This document shows positions 42,235 to 54,752 of a DNA stretch of 64,000 nucleotides, one piece after another. Positions within the stretch are counted from its first letter, which is position 1. Every line of letters begins with the position of its first letter. The DNA comes from Schizochytrium sp. TIO01 (Eukaryota > Protista > Bigyra: Labyrinthulomycetes). The translations under genes and the position numbers were made by a program. A model generated the notes under the pieces. That model saw nothing but the letters and a program-made list of their open reading frames with translations, ran no database searches and had not been told where the DNA came from. Location of the stretch: NCBI GenBank assembly GCA_004764695.1, contig SMSO01000032.1:3038001-3102000 (forward strand), in the 5' to 3' direction.

Positions 42235-42986
42235 ATTTATGCTCCCTTTTTTTTTTAAGTATACAACGTTTTTAAGAAATTAGACAGTGAAATGAAAATA
42301 GCTTTATTTGATGATCATGACGAAGACCCGAGCCTCAGTGTAGGGCTATGGTGGAACCATGACGAATAAATATACAAAGAAAATTCAAAATGCCTCCAAT
42401 TTCGTGAAAAGAAAGCTACAAATCCTTATTGAAGAAATATGCATCACGAACTCGTAAGAAATGCTCCTGGCATCAGTTTTGAAGGCTTGAAGCAATTGGA
42501 TTACCAATGGAGTTTAAAGTGGCAAAAGTGAACACAATAGAGTAGGATAATCAGACCTCATGGATAAGAGTCTACCCATTACAACTTAGAATCATGTTAG
42601 GACTTTGTTTTACCTTTCGTTCTTTAGCCAAAATCATTTGCTGCAAATCAAAACTATGGAAACTCTAAGCAACATGTTTTTCAGAAAAGATTTTATTATA
42701 GAACTTATGGGTGCTTTTATTTGGGTTTATCTTGAATTTAACGGTTTGGGAAAGAACTAAAAAAAAAGCTCTCGCACACCGTTTCGTAACGAATATTTTA
42801 CCCTGTTTGGGTACTGTTAGAGGGTAGAGAGACTTGATTTGGATTTCAAAAGAGGGATGCAACCTATATATTTTCAGATTCGCTCCCTTAATAAACTTCG
42901 ATTCCCCTGCATTCTCTGCCAATGATTTTGCCTCCGCCACTTGCAACAAAGGCAACTAGCTATGGCATAATTAAAGGTCGTTTCAA

Positions 42987-44462
42987 TTAGTCCTGGAACA
43001 GAGAAGCGAAAAGCTGCACAGTGTCCACACTGGGCTCCTCTACGGGACGAGGAGCAACAAAGTTGACTAGTTTCTCGTGGACAGTGTAACGAAGCTTGCG
43101 ACCTTTGCTGGCTTGAGTGTCAACATCGCGTTTCTTTTTCTTCTTGTTTTCTCGATCAAGTTTTCGACGAAGCCTCTCTTGGACATCTTCATCATCCACT
43201 TCTGCAACGCGAGCAGCACTTGTTGCATTGCTGGAACTCACAAAGGCGAGCAGGAGTTGCTGATAAAAGGACGAATCATTGTACACTTCAGGATCAACTT
43301 CGCCTTCACCACTGTTGTTCACTGGCTTGGGATTCACGGCAGATGATTTGGCGTGATCAGATACCCCCCCAATAGGACTGACGCCGGGTGGGCGAATTTG
43401 TGAGCGAGCAAGAAAAGCATCGCCGCCCTGCATAACCTCATTCACCTGCTCGGAGATTGAGCGATTGACAGCCTTAAGAGCTTTGCGTCCTCCTTTTGAC
43501 TCGGTCATACGCCGATGCCAAATATCAAAAGTCTCCTCTACAAAAGTTTGTGCCTGCTGGTTGCCTACCTCAATAGCGGACCATGAAGGGGAGCGCTTGC
43601 GTTTGCGCGAGCTTTCAAGCACGTTCGATGACAAGGTCGCGCTTTCAATCAAGGAAGGCAAGAAATGTGACTGGGCTTTGTCTGTTGTTTCGCGAATCTG
43701 TATGAGTTTATCAACGATGTCTCCGAGTTTGTTTGCGCAGGATGACATGAGTTCTTTGGCTTCCTGGACCTTTTCGGTGTTTACACCCGTTTCTGCAACT
43801 TCTGTCAAAGAAATGTCAGGAGAAGGGAACCGAAAAGAGGATTGCACAAGGCCTTGGAGGCGTATCCTAAGTCCAACAAGCTCGCACCACAATGAGTATT
43901 GATTTTTGACGTGCTGTGGATCCTGGCGTGATGCCCGAGGCTTACGGAGCAACATGCTAGCCTTTTTGGCCTTTTCATCTTCCTCAGACTCAGACTCGGA
44001 CTCATCAACATCAGAGACGCTACTATCAGATGCATCTTCACTCTTGTCCACCTCGTCGCCTTCAGCATCGTCTGATATGAGTGCATCAACCATCTCCATG
44101 CCATCCTCACTAGCATCATCCTCATCGCTATTCAGATCGTGCTGACCAATAATATTGTTTTCATCGCCTTCAAGGTCTTCAAAGTCTTCATCGTCATCCT
44201 CATCATCACTAGTGGTGAGCAATTGAGCTCGTGAGACCTTGCGACCACTATATTTTGGTTCGGAAAGAAGCTCACTTTGGCGAAGCCTGCGACCTTCAGG
44301 TTTCTTCACCGATGCTTGGACATCTGTTTCCGGATGCAAGCGTTCCTTTGACTTTTTCCGTGCCGAGAGGACATCTCCAAAATCATCAGCTGCTTCAGGG
44401 TCAATTGACTCTGGAGCTGCTTTGTTGAATTTGGCTAGGGCCTTTGCCAAAGATGAACTCAT
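42987..44462 (-). CDS. AATF: AATF/Che-1/Bfr2 ribosome-biogenesis factor
   Basis: KYSGRKVSR; VKNQ..LW..L..LRIRLQ (AATF-Che1 domain); YND..FYQQLL and DTQASKGRKLRYTVHEKLVNFVAP (TRAUB domain). Confidence 0.92.
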   Translation of the reverse strand: MSSSLAKALAKFNKAAPESIDPEAADDFGDVLSARKKSKERLHPETDVQASVKKPEGRRLRQSELLSEPKYSGRKVSRAQLLTTSDDEDDDEDFEDLEGDENNIIGQHDLNSDEDDASEDGMEMVDALISDDAEGDEVDKSEDASDSSVSDVDESESESEEDEKAKKASMLLRKPRASRQDPQHVKNQYSLWCELVGLRIRLQGLVQSSFRFPSPDISLTEVAETGVNTEKVQEAKELMSSCANKLGDIVDKLIQIRETTDKAQSHFLPSLIESATLSSNVLESSRKRKRSPSWSAIEVGNQQAQTFVEETFDIWHRRMTESKGGRKALKAVNRSISEQVNEVMQGGDAFLARSQIRPPGVSPIGGVSDHAKSSAVNPKPVNNSGEGEVDPEVYNDSSFYQQLLLAFVSSSNATSAARVAEVDDEDVQERLRRKLDRENKKKKKRDVDTQASKGRKLRYTVHEKLVNFVAPRPVEEPSVDTVQLFASLFQD

Positions 44463-47400
44463 GGTTGTCAAAAGAGAACAATATCGCCGATCAGTTTACA
44501 CACTAGCGCAAGTTGTCACCGCGACAACCACTGCTTCTTGGCAAAAGTCAGATCAACCAAATCCAAGCGAACGCGATTGACGAGTGGACAAGAGGATACC
44601 TTGTCTAACGCTAATGATTGGCAGAGTGTTCTGCAGTCAAGCCGTCAACTCAATGCAGAGCGCACTGTCAGGCTGGCTGTCCAGCGAAGACTCACTGCAA
44701 CCAGGCACAGTCAAAGTATGGTCAATGAATGATGAACGAGCCCTGCGTTAGAAAGAGGCGAGACTTTCCAAGGCAAGAACTCCACCCATCACTCCTTAAG
44801 AATTATTTATTGATTGGTAAGGATTGAAGCATCATAGGTATGGTCGTATCAGTACTTAGGCAGCTACAGTCAATACTAATACCAACACTATTAAATACTT
44901 AGTAGAAAAAGTACCATATGAGCTTTGAAAAATAAAATTATTAAAAATCATTAGGTTGTTTTTAAATTGTAAAAAATATATGCAACATCATGATAGGTAG
45001 GCCTGCCCCTAGTTTCAACTCACATCTAGTATTACGTCACTATCACTGCAACTCGTATCTTATCATGATCAATATATTTATTTTTTTATATATATATTTT
45101 TTATATATATCCTAGTAGTAGTAGGCCTATAAATAATAATAAAATTCGGGTGAACTCGATCATTTTAAAGTAGTACTACTGTTATTACTATTAATAGTTA
45201 TATCCCTGACTCCTTGCCTTTCAATACCTACCCACCACCACTCATGGATCATGAGCCAGTCTACCTAGGTATTATCCTATGACCTAATAACACCGGCAAA
45301 GTCGTATCTCACTTCAGCAACTCTTCCACTTGAGTAAAAATTCAAATCAAACCATGTCAACGCAACACTGGAAGATACCTGATACGACCTACTACAGCCT
45401 ACATGAAATCTGCTCACTTTAGCTATGATTTTACTCGATTAAAATCTCAAAGCTGTGACACATGCAATTCTTGCTTATTATCGTTGTAATATAATCTTAC
45501 AATGCTATAATATAGGGTCTTCTAGCCGAACTTTGGCGGCATGGTAGCAGTCATGCATGGACAGAGGATAATGTCTTGGAATGATTTGAATAAGATGTTT
45601 TGACTGACTGTCGGTGATGAGAAATAACTGAGCGCTCTCACCTCATAGCTTTTTCTTCCTTTTTGACATAGTTCGGTCATTGCATTGTGGATCTGGGTTA
45701 TACACTGCTAGGTAAGGAAATAGAGGTGCTAAGCAAATTAGTTTCTTCAGTTGATTGTCCATCATGTGGCCTCTACAGAAATTCTTGAAAAGAAGATGAA
45801 ACAGGGTTTTCTATACCCTCATCAAGAATGCAAAAGGAACCCCATGCTTGCTGTTTTCGATATGGCTTCTTGGTGTTTTTTCTTGTAATTCTGACTGACC
45901 TACTTGCTTTCATATCTACATTTATGACTACAAGAAGAAGGTTGAAGTCCCGTATATTGTATATTGTCAGATATTATCCCGTAGAACTTTCACTCCCTCG
46001 GAGACCAGCAATAAGGCGCTAAGTATGCGCGTGCACTTAAGAAATAATCGGTACCGACGTGTACTAGCATAATCCTTCTACGACCTTGTGCAGAAACAAG
46101 AGCCTCACCATTTTTTGCTTATACTTAGGTGGGTTATCTTTAAATACCAGTACAACTGTCTTATTCTATCTCATCTTAACTTTTATGCTATTGTTTGTTT
46201 TTTTCCAACGGATATAATAAAAAATCAACTAGACAAAAGATTCTTTCATAAGCTGGTACCGATGATATTGTGATGCACAATGTTACTGTATCATTCATAA
46301 GATAATACAATCATAGGATAGGTAAGCATTGTCGCGTTAGGTCCTTGGTGGAATATTTAGCCTTTATAATAAATATTTTCTCTTTCCCTTGTTTCTAAAC
46401 GTTTTGGTCACACAACAACGTTCAAAACATACGCCCTGACTGAAGAGGAGAAAATTAGGTATGATAGAGATAAGTTAATCATACTGGCCATATTTAACTG
46501 TGTAGCTGAGAGCTTTAAACGCATCTACATTGTATTTATTTCTTGATGAGCAGAATAGTCCCATTAGTCATGGTTTCACCACAATATGTCTGTCGAGAGA
46601 ATAAAACCTATCAACAAAACTTTGAACATCGCTATTTCCATGAAAAGCGCCGCACCAGTCATGGTAACCACTCGTGTGTTGTTGCTTTAGCCAGCAATGT
46701 GAGTAAGCAGCATAATTCGAGTACAGAACAATATTCACATGACTTAATTTTAGATAACAATGCCTTGGTATTGATGGGAGGCATAAAACTCAAATTGTTA
46801 TTTTCTCATCCATACCAAGTCATCATCAGCAACAACAGCAACAAAGTATGTAGGTACTACCCCTAGAGGAAGAAACAGAAATGGTTTCAATGAGGTATTA
46901 CGCAGGCTCCCTACTAAGGCCCTTTTCGAGATAGATTTAGGTATTTAAGTTTTTACTTTTGAATTATTATGACTGGTGTGAGTTGCCTATTCTTTTATCA
47001 TTCATTCGTACGCACCATTTTTATCTCTTTTTTTTCTTTCCTTTTCTTTTCTTTGGAAAAGTTTTTTACTACGAGGTACTCTACCTAACATAATATATAG
47101 TATACGAACAACCGCTACCTGTTGAAAAGGCAGTGTAGAAGAGTACCGTCATGGTCTACAGTTGCAGAAATACCTAGATAGTTATTGTCTGGGAGATCAA
47201 GGGCGCTCTTTGGCAAGTTTGAGCAAGGCAGTCTACTCTCGTGCCCTCTCGCTCTCTTTCAGTTGACTGCGTTTTCAACTTCAACAGCCCAAGGCTTTAA
47301 AATAAGGAGAGGAGTTCGTCCTCCAATCAGTGACCGCTATTGCTAAAGGCTCTGTTGTGCTCAAACGCATAGCGGCGACATCTATCATCCAAAAAGAGCT

Positions 47401-47581
47401 CCATTGTTGAATATTCACGTCTTTCTCTCTCTTTCTCTCTTTCTCTCTGTGCCTCTTGTGCTATATTTTATTGCCCGGTGTCTAAGCTGTAAAGTTGTTC
47501 CCTTGTGTCAAACAAAACAGAAGACCAAATTGCTTCTGCCTTACCTTATAGCAAAGACAGACAAAACCTTCAAAATATGCA

Positions 47582-50500
47582 ATGCAGGAGGGAGAGTCTA
47601 AAGCCGCGTTAGACGCTAAGGGAACATCAGAACGCCGATTTAAAGTACACAGTCAAGGGTCACAAGTAGATGAAACTCTTCCAAACCGTGGCTTCGGCAC
47701 CAAGTTCTGGGGAGGATTCGAAGAAGAGGAAGCAAAATCAACTACAACACATCAGTCCCGCCTCCTCACGACGCATCATCGCAAATACGATTACCAGCCA
47801 CCTCCATCTTCGCCTGTTTCACATCCTAGCTCTGCACAGCATAATGTGCAAGTGCATCGTCGTAAGTCTCTTAAAGCTTCCGCCAATACCCCTCTTGTTG
47901 AGGTGAACTCATTCCCAAATGGAAACATGCCTGTCCAAAGTGAAGAGCTATTTCGACAGCGCTATGCAGCACTCAAGAACATTTATCAGAGAAGATTGAA
48001 AGATTTACATCGTTGTGTTCAGGATGTACAAGTTATGCTACAGACAGACTCAGTTTTACAAAATCTTGAACGAGATCCTACCACAGCACCCTTTGCCCCA
48101 GCTAGAGCACTAGAGGTTGCCACAGGAGCACTTAATGCGGAGCAAGAAGCCCAAATTGAACAGCTAGCGGAGGAGCTTAGTATTGTTTCCGCACAATCTA
48201 AATCACTTGAGGTTGAAATAGCTCACCTTGAGGCTGCACAGTCAACCCAAGATGCCAAAGCTACACAGACCATATCTCGGTTACGCGACCAGCTTAGATC
48301 TTCTCTTGAATCTGAGAGGCAAGTTCGTTCGCATGTGTCAGATTTAGAAGAGGAGCTCGCAACAGTCCGCACAGCTCGCTCTCGAGAATTTGTTGCAATG
48401 CGCCACGCCTTGCGACTTCTTCGCCAAGCTTTGTTTCGTAGTGCACTATCCAGTACCGATCAAGAGCTTGGGAATAGTCGGACTATTGAGCAACCTATCC
48501 TGCTTGGCATTCATGGAAATGCTGAGGAGACAAGCCTTGATGAAAGTGTGTTGAATGATCTTGCAGAAACAGATGGTGAACTCGATCTTGACGAGTCAGT
48601 CTTGGGTCCACGGGGGGACGCTACGGACACGCGCCTTGCAAAAGCACTCACAAAATTGACCCATCTTCATGAACGAACAAAGTCGATACAGGCACTTCGG
48701 AGTCGCCGAGATGTAAGCTCAAAAGAACAAGAGCTAAAATTAATGCAGGAAAAATTGATTGAAGCCACTTCAACCCTCAAGAAAATGGAATCAAGAATTT
48801 GCCAGGAAGCAACTCAGCAGTCAAGCCTTCAAGATGAGCTTCGCCAAGCGCGCGAGGCGCTTGCACGTAGTGAAGAGGAGCGTCTAGAACTCCGCCAGCA
48901 ATACCTTAGCATTGGAGAGAAACTTGAGCGTTTTGCTGAGACCAATCGTGTGGAGACACAGCAAGAGGTGATCAAGTTCCGTAGCCGACTTCACGAAGCG
49001 GAACTGGAGCAAAATCGTCTTCGTCAATTAAGCGATAGGTTTCAAATTGAGTCCAAGGAGTCCGCCATGCGCGCTGAACGAAATGACCGACGTATTGAGG
49101 AACTCGAGTCAAAACTTGAGCACGAAAGAAAGTTTGCACGTCAAGAACTAGAACAAGAAAGGCGCACATTTGCTCAGAAAATCGAAGCCGAGCAAAGCCA
49201 ACGGAAGCAAGCCCAAGATCGACTTGAAGAGTCTCGAATCGAGCATGCTGCGCGTCTTCAGGAATTAAGGGAACAAACACAATCTGCTGTACAAGGAGCT
49301 CAAATGGAACGTGCAAAGTGGGAAGTAGAAAAGGAGCGACAGATTCGCGAATACCAGCAAAGATCTGAGGCGAACTTCCAACGTCTACTAGATGCAAAAC
49401 AGGCTGAGTTAGAGAATGTAGTTAAAGCTCAACAATCTGAAATCCATAGACAGCAGGATGAAACCGAACGCATTGAGCGAGCTGTAGCATCCAGATTGCA
49501 TGCAATTGTCAAAGACCACATCTCACTTGAGCAACATAGGGAAATTTTAGAATCGCATTCAACAAATCTCCGTGCAGAAATGGACCGCCGGCTTCAAGAC
49601 ACTCTTTCCCAGTCGGAGCGCAAGCGTGAACGAGCACTTTCTGAGGTGGAAGATCGTGCTACACGAGTTCATGCGGCGTCTCTGGAGGCCATGCAACAGG
49701 AAAATGCCGTATTAAAAGCTCAGATTTCTCAATTGCAACGTGAGCAGAACGAGCTAGAGGCCGCACTAGAAGCGGATCGTCGAATGACCACGAAACTGCG
49801 AAAGGAATCAGACGATGCGCTTCAAGCCAAACAGGCTCACGCTGAGCAGCTACGCCAAGCTTTGCAGAATATTGCTCGCTTGCGAGAGGTTGTGAATATG
49901 GAGCGGGATCGACGTCAGGATGCTGAGCGAAATCACTTCAATGCACACGAAGCTGCTCGAAATTCTATGAATACTGAACTGGGGGAAGCTCAACAATCAT
50001 TTACCTCCCTACAAGAGCGCATGCATATACTTGAGCGTGAGAAGCTTGCCAGTGAGGCTGCATTGCGCCAAGAACTGCACAATCTCCAGACTAAAGCTAA
50101 CAAAGCTGAGACAGAAAGTGCCAAGCGGATTTCGTTGCTTGAATCTGAACGGGAAAAGAGTATGTCTCAGGCTGTGACAACGACATCTAGTGAGTACGAC
50201 AAACGTCTTACCCAGTTGCAACATGATTATGATATGTATCGCCTTCAAGCCGAGACCCAAAGACACCAATTGGAGTCCCAAATCCAATCTTTGGAGTCAG
50301 CTCGCGACCAAAGCGTGCGCGATGCTGATTTGGTCCGCGAACAGCTGGCGAAAAGAAATGATGATTTTCAAGAGGTCAGCAGAGAGCGAGATCAGAATGC
50401 AAACCAGCTCCAAGACTCCCAACGTCAGCTCAAGGTGCTCCGTAAGAGCACTGAGAATATGGAAGCATTGATGAAGTTAGCACAGCGCCGCCGCCTTGCA

Positions 50501-51727
50501 CAAAGCAGTGGAGTTCAAAATGTCTTGAGTGAATGTCGTCAATTACGAAGCGCGCTCAAGCCTCTTTCGCGTGACATCTATAAGACATTGGAGGAGGGAC
50601 AGCGAGATTTTGCACGTTTTAGCTTAGAGTTAGAGCGCCAGATTCGTCTTGATTCTCGGAGAATAAAACGGCAGGCTATGACAGAAGCGATCTCAGTAAG
50701 CAAACTTGAAGCCACAGAACTTACCTCTAAGCTAGAATCAGCACTCCAGGAGATGGAAACGGCTCAGGAACACTCAAATCGTATTTTGGCACAGAAGGAT
50801 GAGGTCATTCGCAAACACTTGAATCAGGCAGATGAACTGAAATCTCAACTTGAAGCTTATCGCTGTGATCTCGCATCAGCTGAAGCAAAATTAGCAGGGT
50901 CTGATCAAACAATAGCAGAACTGCGCTCACAATTATTGCATGAGAAGAAGACACTTGAAACTGTTCAATCTTCCATGAGTGCCAAAGATGATCGAATTAA
51001 TTTACTTTTGCAGAAGCTAGACCGTGCAAACAATGCTTTGACAAATCTTGTTACTGTGCTGCGTAGTGAGCTCAATATTCCTCAGGAAACTACAGAAGAC
51101 CTTCTCGATGAAGACCGCCGACTTTCGTATGGCATTCCAACATTGGTTTCGATTATCAAAAAGCTTCAGAAATCGGTGGCTTCGGCAATTGCGAAAATAG
51201 CTGACCCAGATGCAGAACTTATTTCTCAACTGGAGACATCTCGTAACTTAGTCTCAAGCCTGCAACTTGAGCTTGATGTGGTTCGCAAAGACCTTCGTCA
51301 AGAAATTGAGAAACACCGGGTAGTGATCGAACGTTTGACAAAGACACATCAAGAAGCCAGGGAGGAATTTCAGCGAGGCGTTGAAAGGTCCAAGCGTGAT
51401 CAAGTAGAACTTCGAAATCGCTTGCAGCAAGAAAAACTGGCAAGCAAGTCGCTACGGGAACAACTTGCCTCTGCTACGATGGCTGCCCCTCGCTTCGCCC
51501 CCCCGCCGCCATCCCCAAGCCACTCCTTGCGTTCTGGCCTTTCTTGCACATCTGCAGTGCGGTCGACGACTGATGTTCAACGACTTCTTGAACGATCAGC
51601 TATAATTGACCACAAAGCTCGCTCATTCTTGTCTGCATCATCCGAAACTTCAGTCATACCGTTGAAGATGTCTAGCGTGTCCAGTATAGATAATGACGTT
51701 GACCAGATAGACGTTTCGCAATTTTGA
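47582..51727 (+). CDS. Large coiled-coil protein of unknown function (possibly centrosomal/cytoskeletal)
   Basis: Uninterrupted 1381-aa ORF with E/Q/R/L-rich heptads across most of its length; no catalytic motifs. Confidence 0.75.
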   Translation: MQEGESKAALDAKGTSERRFKVHSQGSQVDETLPNRGFGTKFWGGFEEEEAKSTTTHQSRLLTTHHRKYDYQPPPSSPVSHPSSAQHNVQVHRRKSLKASANTPLVEVNSFPNGNMPVQSEELFRQRYAALKNIYQRRLKDLHRCVQDVQVMLQTDSVLQNLERDPTTAPFAPARALEVATGALNAEQEAQIEQLAEELSIVSAQSKSLEVEIAHLEAAQSTQDAKATQTISRLRDQLRSSLESERQVRSHVSDLEEELATVRTARSREFVAMRHALRLLRQALFRSALSSTDQELGNSRTIEQPILLGIHGNAEETSLDESVLNDLAETDGELDLDESVLGPRGDATDTRLAKALTKLTHLHERTKSIQALRSRRDVSSKEQELKLMQEKLIEATSTLKKMESRICQEATQQSSLQDELRQAREALARSEEERLELRQQYLSIGEKLERFAETNRVETQQEVIKFRSRLHEAELEQNRLRQLSDRFQIESKESAMRAERNDRRIEELESKLEHERKFARQELEQERRTFAQKIEAEQSQRKQAQDRLEESRIEHAARLQELREQTQSAVQGAQMERAKWEVEKERQIREYQQRSEANFQRLLDAKQAELENVVKAQQSEIHRQQDETERIERAVASRLHAIVKDHISLEQHREILESHSTNLRAEMDRRLQDTLSQSERKRERALSEVEDRATRVHAASLEAMQQENAVLKAQISQLQREQNELEAALEADRRMTTKLRKESDDALQAKQAHAEQLRQALQNIARLREVVNMERDRRQDAERNHFNAHEAARNSMNTELGEAQQSFTSLQERMHILEREKLASEAALRQELHNLQTKANKAETESAKRISLLESEREKSMSQAVTTTSSEYDKRLTQLQHDYDMYRLQAETQRHQLESQIQSLESARDQSVRDADLVREQLAKRNDDFQEVSRERDQNANQLQDSQRQLKVLRKSTENMEALMKLAQRRRLAQSSGVQNVLSECRQLRSALKPLSRDIYKTLEEGQRDFARFSLELERQIRLDSRRIKRQAMTEAISVSKLEATELTSKLESALQEMETAQEHSNRILAQKDEVIRKHLNQADELKSQLEAYRCDLASAEAKLAGSDQTIAELRSQLLHEKKTLETVQSSMSAKDDRINLLLQKLDRANNALTNLVTVLRSELNIPQETTEDLLDEDRRLSYGIPTLVSIIKKLQKSVASAIAKIADPDAELISQLETSRNLVSSLQLELDVVRKDLRQEIEKHRVVIERLTKTHQEAREEFQRGVERSKRDQVELRNRLQQEKLASKSLREQLASATMAAPRFAPPPPSPSHSLRSGLSCTSAVRSTTDVQRLLERSAIIDHKARSFLSASSETSVIPLKMSSVSSIDNDVDQIDVSQF

Positions 51728-53132
51728 GTGTATTTGGCATCATTGTAACTTCACAAAAATATATATTATGGCAATCCATTTCGTGGAGGCTTGTGTTTGG
51801 TTGGCTCATTTATTCCGCATGTATCTGTCTATAATCTTAGCCATAGCATCTGCAGGAGACGAACACTCGACGATTGAAACTGACTTCTCTCCTCGATTTT
51901 ATTGCCTGTAACTCAATATTGCTAACCGTTGCACGCTAAGCGGTGCAGGGGTGGCTACCGCACGCATGACATTCATGAATCAAGCCAGATTACCTCCTTT
52001 CAAACTCGTGTATTATTCTAGTCGATTTTCTTTTCCTTGTGTGTTTTCAGAACGTAAGGGGCATGTTAAAGCTTCTGCCTTCAGTCTTTTGTTTTAGCAG
52101 TGCGATTATGAGGTCACTCTCGAATAAAAATGCACCCCTAAGTTGCAGGAAGTGAAAGACCATCTATGTACATATAGTGCTAAGTCTTCTTCAACTCAAA
52201 TGCAAAAAGTCAAATGATTGAATGCGCCTTGCTAGGACGAGAGTTTTACAACAGAATGCTACAAGGCCATGATCATAAAAACGAGCGCGCTGATGACCAT
52301 TTATGCTGAAATCACAATTCCCATGACTATGTTCCAAAGCCAGGCTAGACGGCCTGTCTTATGAGGTCGATGTGACGGCTCTAGTTGGCAAAGACCTTGG
52401 GAACGCAGCTGTTTTGGAGGACCTAGCTGTAATTGTGAAGGTACCTCTTAAACCCTACAAAGAAGAAATTCTTGATCAGGGGGTCGAAAGAGCTGCTCTC
52501 ACTACTTGTAAATCAGTGTTCCGAGGTGTTTGACTCTTTATCCATGTAGCTGATGAACTTATTGGAGTTCTCATCGTCGATAATTGCTGGTGACGGGGGT
52601 GCTATTCACCCGCGCTCTGTTCACGCGTCAGCGTTACATAGTGTTGCTCACATTGGATTTAAGCTCGATCTTCTCCATTTCTGACGCGTTGCCTGCTGGT
52701 TAGAAAAAGTCCCAATAGAAGTTGAGCTTCTTTATCCCATTTCCTTTTTCTTCATGTCCATCTCCTTCGGGGAAATTTCGAGTTCATTTTGTTGCCCGCA
52801 AATGTCTTCGTGCTTCGCCTGAAGCTCCGACAAGGTTAGCACGTACTGCTAACTCTAGCAACTAAGCTTAACGTATAGTTTTCGATCTACGCCTGGCCGC
52901 CGTCACAAAGCTTGCACACCCTTGCCCGTGGCAACGGAGCAATCGACGACTACAAAATCAGGACTGTGCGCTCATGACCCTCGATCAATAAGCGTTTGAT
53001 TCCTGGGATGTAAAATGTGTCGCTTCTTTTATTCAAGGAAGTATTAATAATTGATAACTTGAAAGGAGAGAAGAAAAGCATTTTTTAAAATGAAGAATAT
53101 GATGAAACCATAGTTCGAGATGCAGGAAAGAA

Positions 53133-53915
53133 TTAGAGTTTGCCAGTAAACTTTGGGGCGCGTTTTTCAATGAATGCCAAAGGTCCTTCTTTAAAATCTG
53201 GAGTCTTGGCTAGGAACTTCATACCCTCAGAAGAAGCTTTCCAAGCATCCGCATCCTTACCATAGACAGTTTCAAGAGCAATTGAGCGAGCTTTGCGAAC
53301 AGCTAGAGGAGCATTCACTTCAATACGTTCGGCAAGCTTAAGAGCTGCGTCCAGAACCTTGCCGGGTTCAACAAGCTCGTTAACGAAGCCAAGACTGTAC
53401 ATACGCTCCGCACTTAATGGATCTCCTGTAAGCAAGAGTTCCATTGCAATGGCTTGCGGAAGTTTACGAGGTAAACGAAACATGCCTCCAGCAGCAGGAA
53501 CGAGCGATCGTTTAACTTCAGGTACTCCAAATTTGGCTTTGGTAGAGGCGACGACAAGGTCACATGTTAACACGAGTTCACAACCACCAGCCAGAGCGAA
53601 GCCATCAACAGCTGCGATCATCGGCTTAGAACGAGGAAAATGAACGAAGCCTCCAAATCCGCCCTTCTTGGTCTCAATGCTTTGTCCAGCGTTGATAGCC
53701 TTTAAGTCAGCGCCTGCGCAAAATACTTTAGGATGAGAGGAAGCGAGGATGCCAATCCAAAGGTTGTCATCATTTTCAAATTCCTCCATTAGCCTCTCCA
53801 TGCATTGAGAGAGATCTCCAGACACCGCATTCATAGCCTTGGGGCGATTGAGAGTGAAAATAGCCACATGCCCGCGACGTTCAAAGCGTACCAGTTCCTC
53901 CTCAGTGTTGGACAT
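53133..53915 (-). CDS. Enoyl-CoA hydratase/isomerase (crotonase) family protein
   Basis: TLNRPKAMNAV, FCAGADLK, AAVDGFALAGGCEL, FGVPEVKR, EGPLAFIEKRAPKF. Likely start MSNTEE at 53915. Confidence 0.95.
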   Translation of the reverse strand: MSNTEEELVRFERRGHVAIFTLNRPKAMNAVSGDLSQCMERLMEEFENDDNLWIGILASSHPKVFCAGADLKAINAGQSIETKKGGFGGFVHFPRSKPMIAAVDGFALAGGCELVLTCDLVVASTKAKFGVPEVKRSLVPAAGGMFRLPRKLPQAIAMELLLTGDPLSAERMYSLGFVNELVEPGKVLDAALKLAERIEVNAPLAVRKARSIALETVYGKDADAWKASSEGMKFLAKTPDFKEGPLAFIEKRAPKFTGKL

Positions 53916-54704
53916 TGTCTTGGTTGAATACCACTCGAACGATTCCTCGCTAGCCTTCGCGTGTTTGCACACAGTCTTAAGGTTTTGGGTTTGTAAACCG
54001 CTCTTGGACTGTCTATTCCTCCACCCTGTCAAGCTTGCAGTGCGGCGTTTATGTTAAGGTGCTTATTCGTTTGGTAAATATTCGAAGGATAGGATCTCAT
54101 GTGCGGTGCCAGGATCCTTCATTGGTGTCGGTCTGACATAGTTCTACTACTCCTCTTAACACTTTGTCTATTGGGAATTTACTATTATTATGAGATTTTG
54201 TTATGGATTGATCTTTTCTTTAAGTAGAAACCCAATGAAGCTTAAATTGTTACTCTTTAAAAGGAGAGAAATGTTAGAGAAAGAAGAGCAAATTGCAGGC
54301 AATTAGAGATTGTCTTAGCTTGATTTTACCGAAGAAAAAAAATTCATGAATGCGTATCAGCAACAACCTGATACTACTACCTTGGTACCGAAAGTTGTAA
54401 CCTTGCCAAAGGTGTTGGTTTAAGCAACTTTTCAAATGACGAGCCTTGGTTTTGTTCACTATTTAAAAAAGGATTTACCTAAGTTTGAAAAAAAGACCAT
54501 CCTAGTTGCTTACAAGCTGTGAGAATTAACATGATAATGAATGTGTAATGCATTGATCAATCTTAATGCGCTTCTGATGTTCAGTTTCTCAAGAAATAAT
54601 GCACTACTACACCTAGCTATGTAAGTATACCACCCTCATCATACTCTCCCTAGTCAGAGGTACTGAGCTAAAATATTTTTTAGAATTTAATTCTAACTAA
54701 TAAC

Positions 54705-54751
<47 letters not shown>
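54705..54751. repeat. (AAT)n microsatellite
   Basis: Perfect trinucleotide run. Confidence 0.95.

Positions 54752-54752
<1 letters not shown>

Noticed and set aside
44500-47580. Short ORFs in the long AATF/coiled-coil intergenic region
   Set aside because: No motifs, AT-rich composition and no consistent splice structure.
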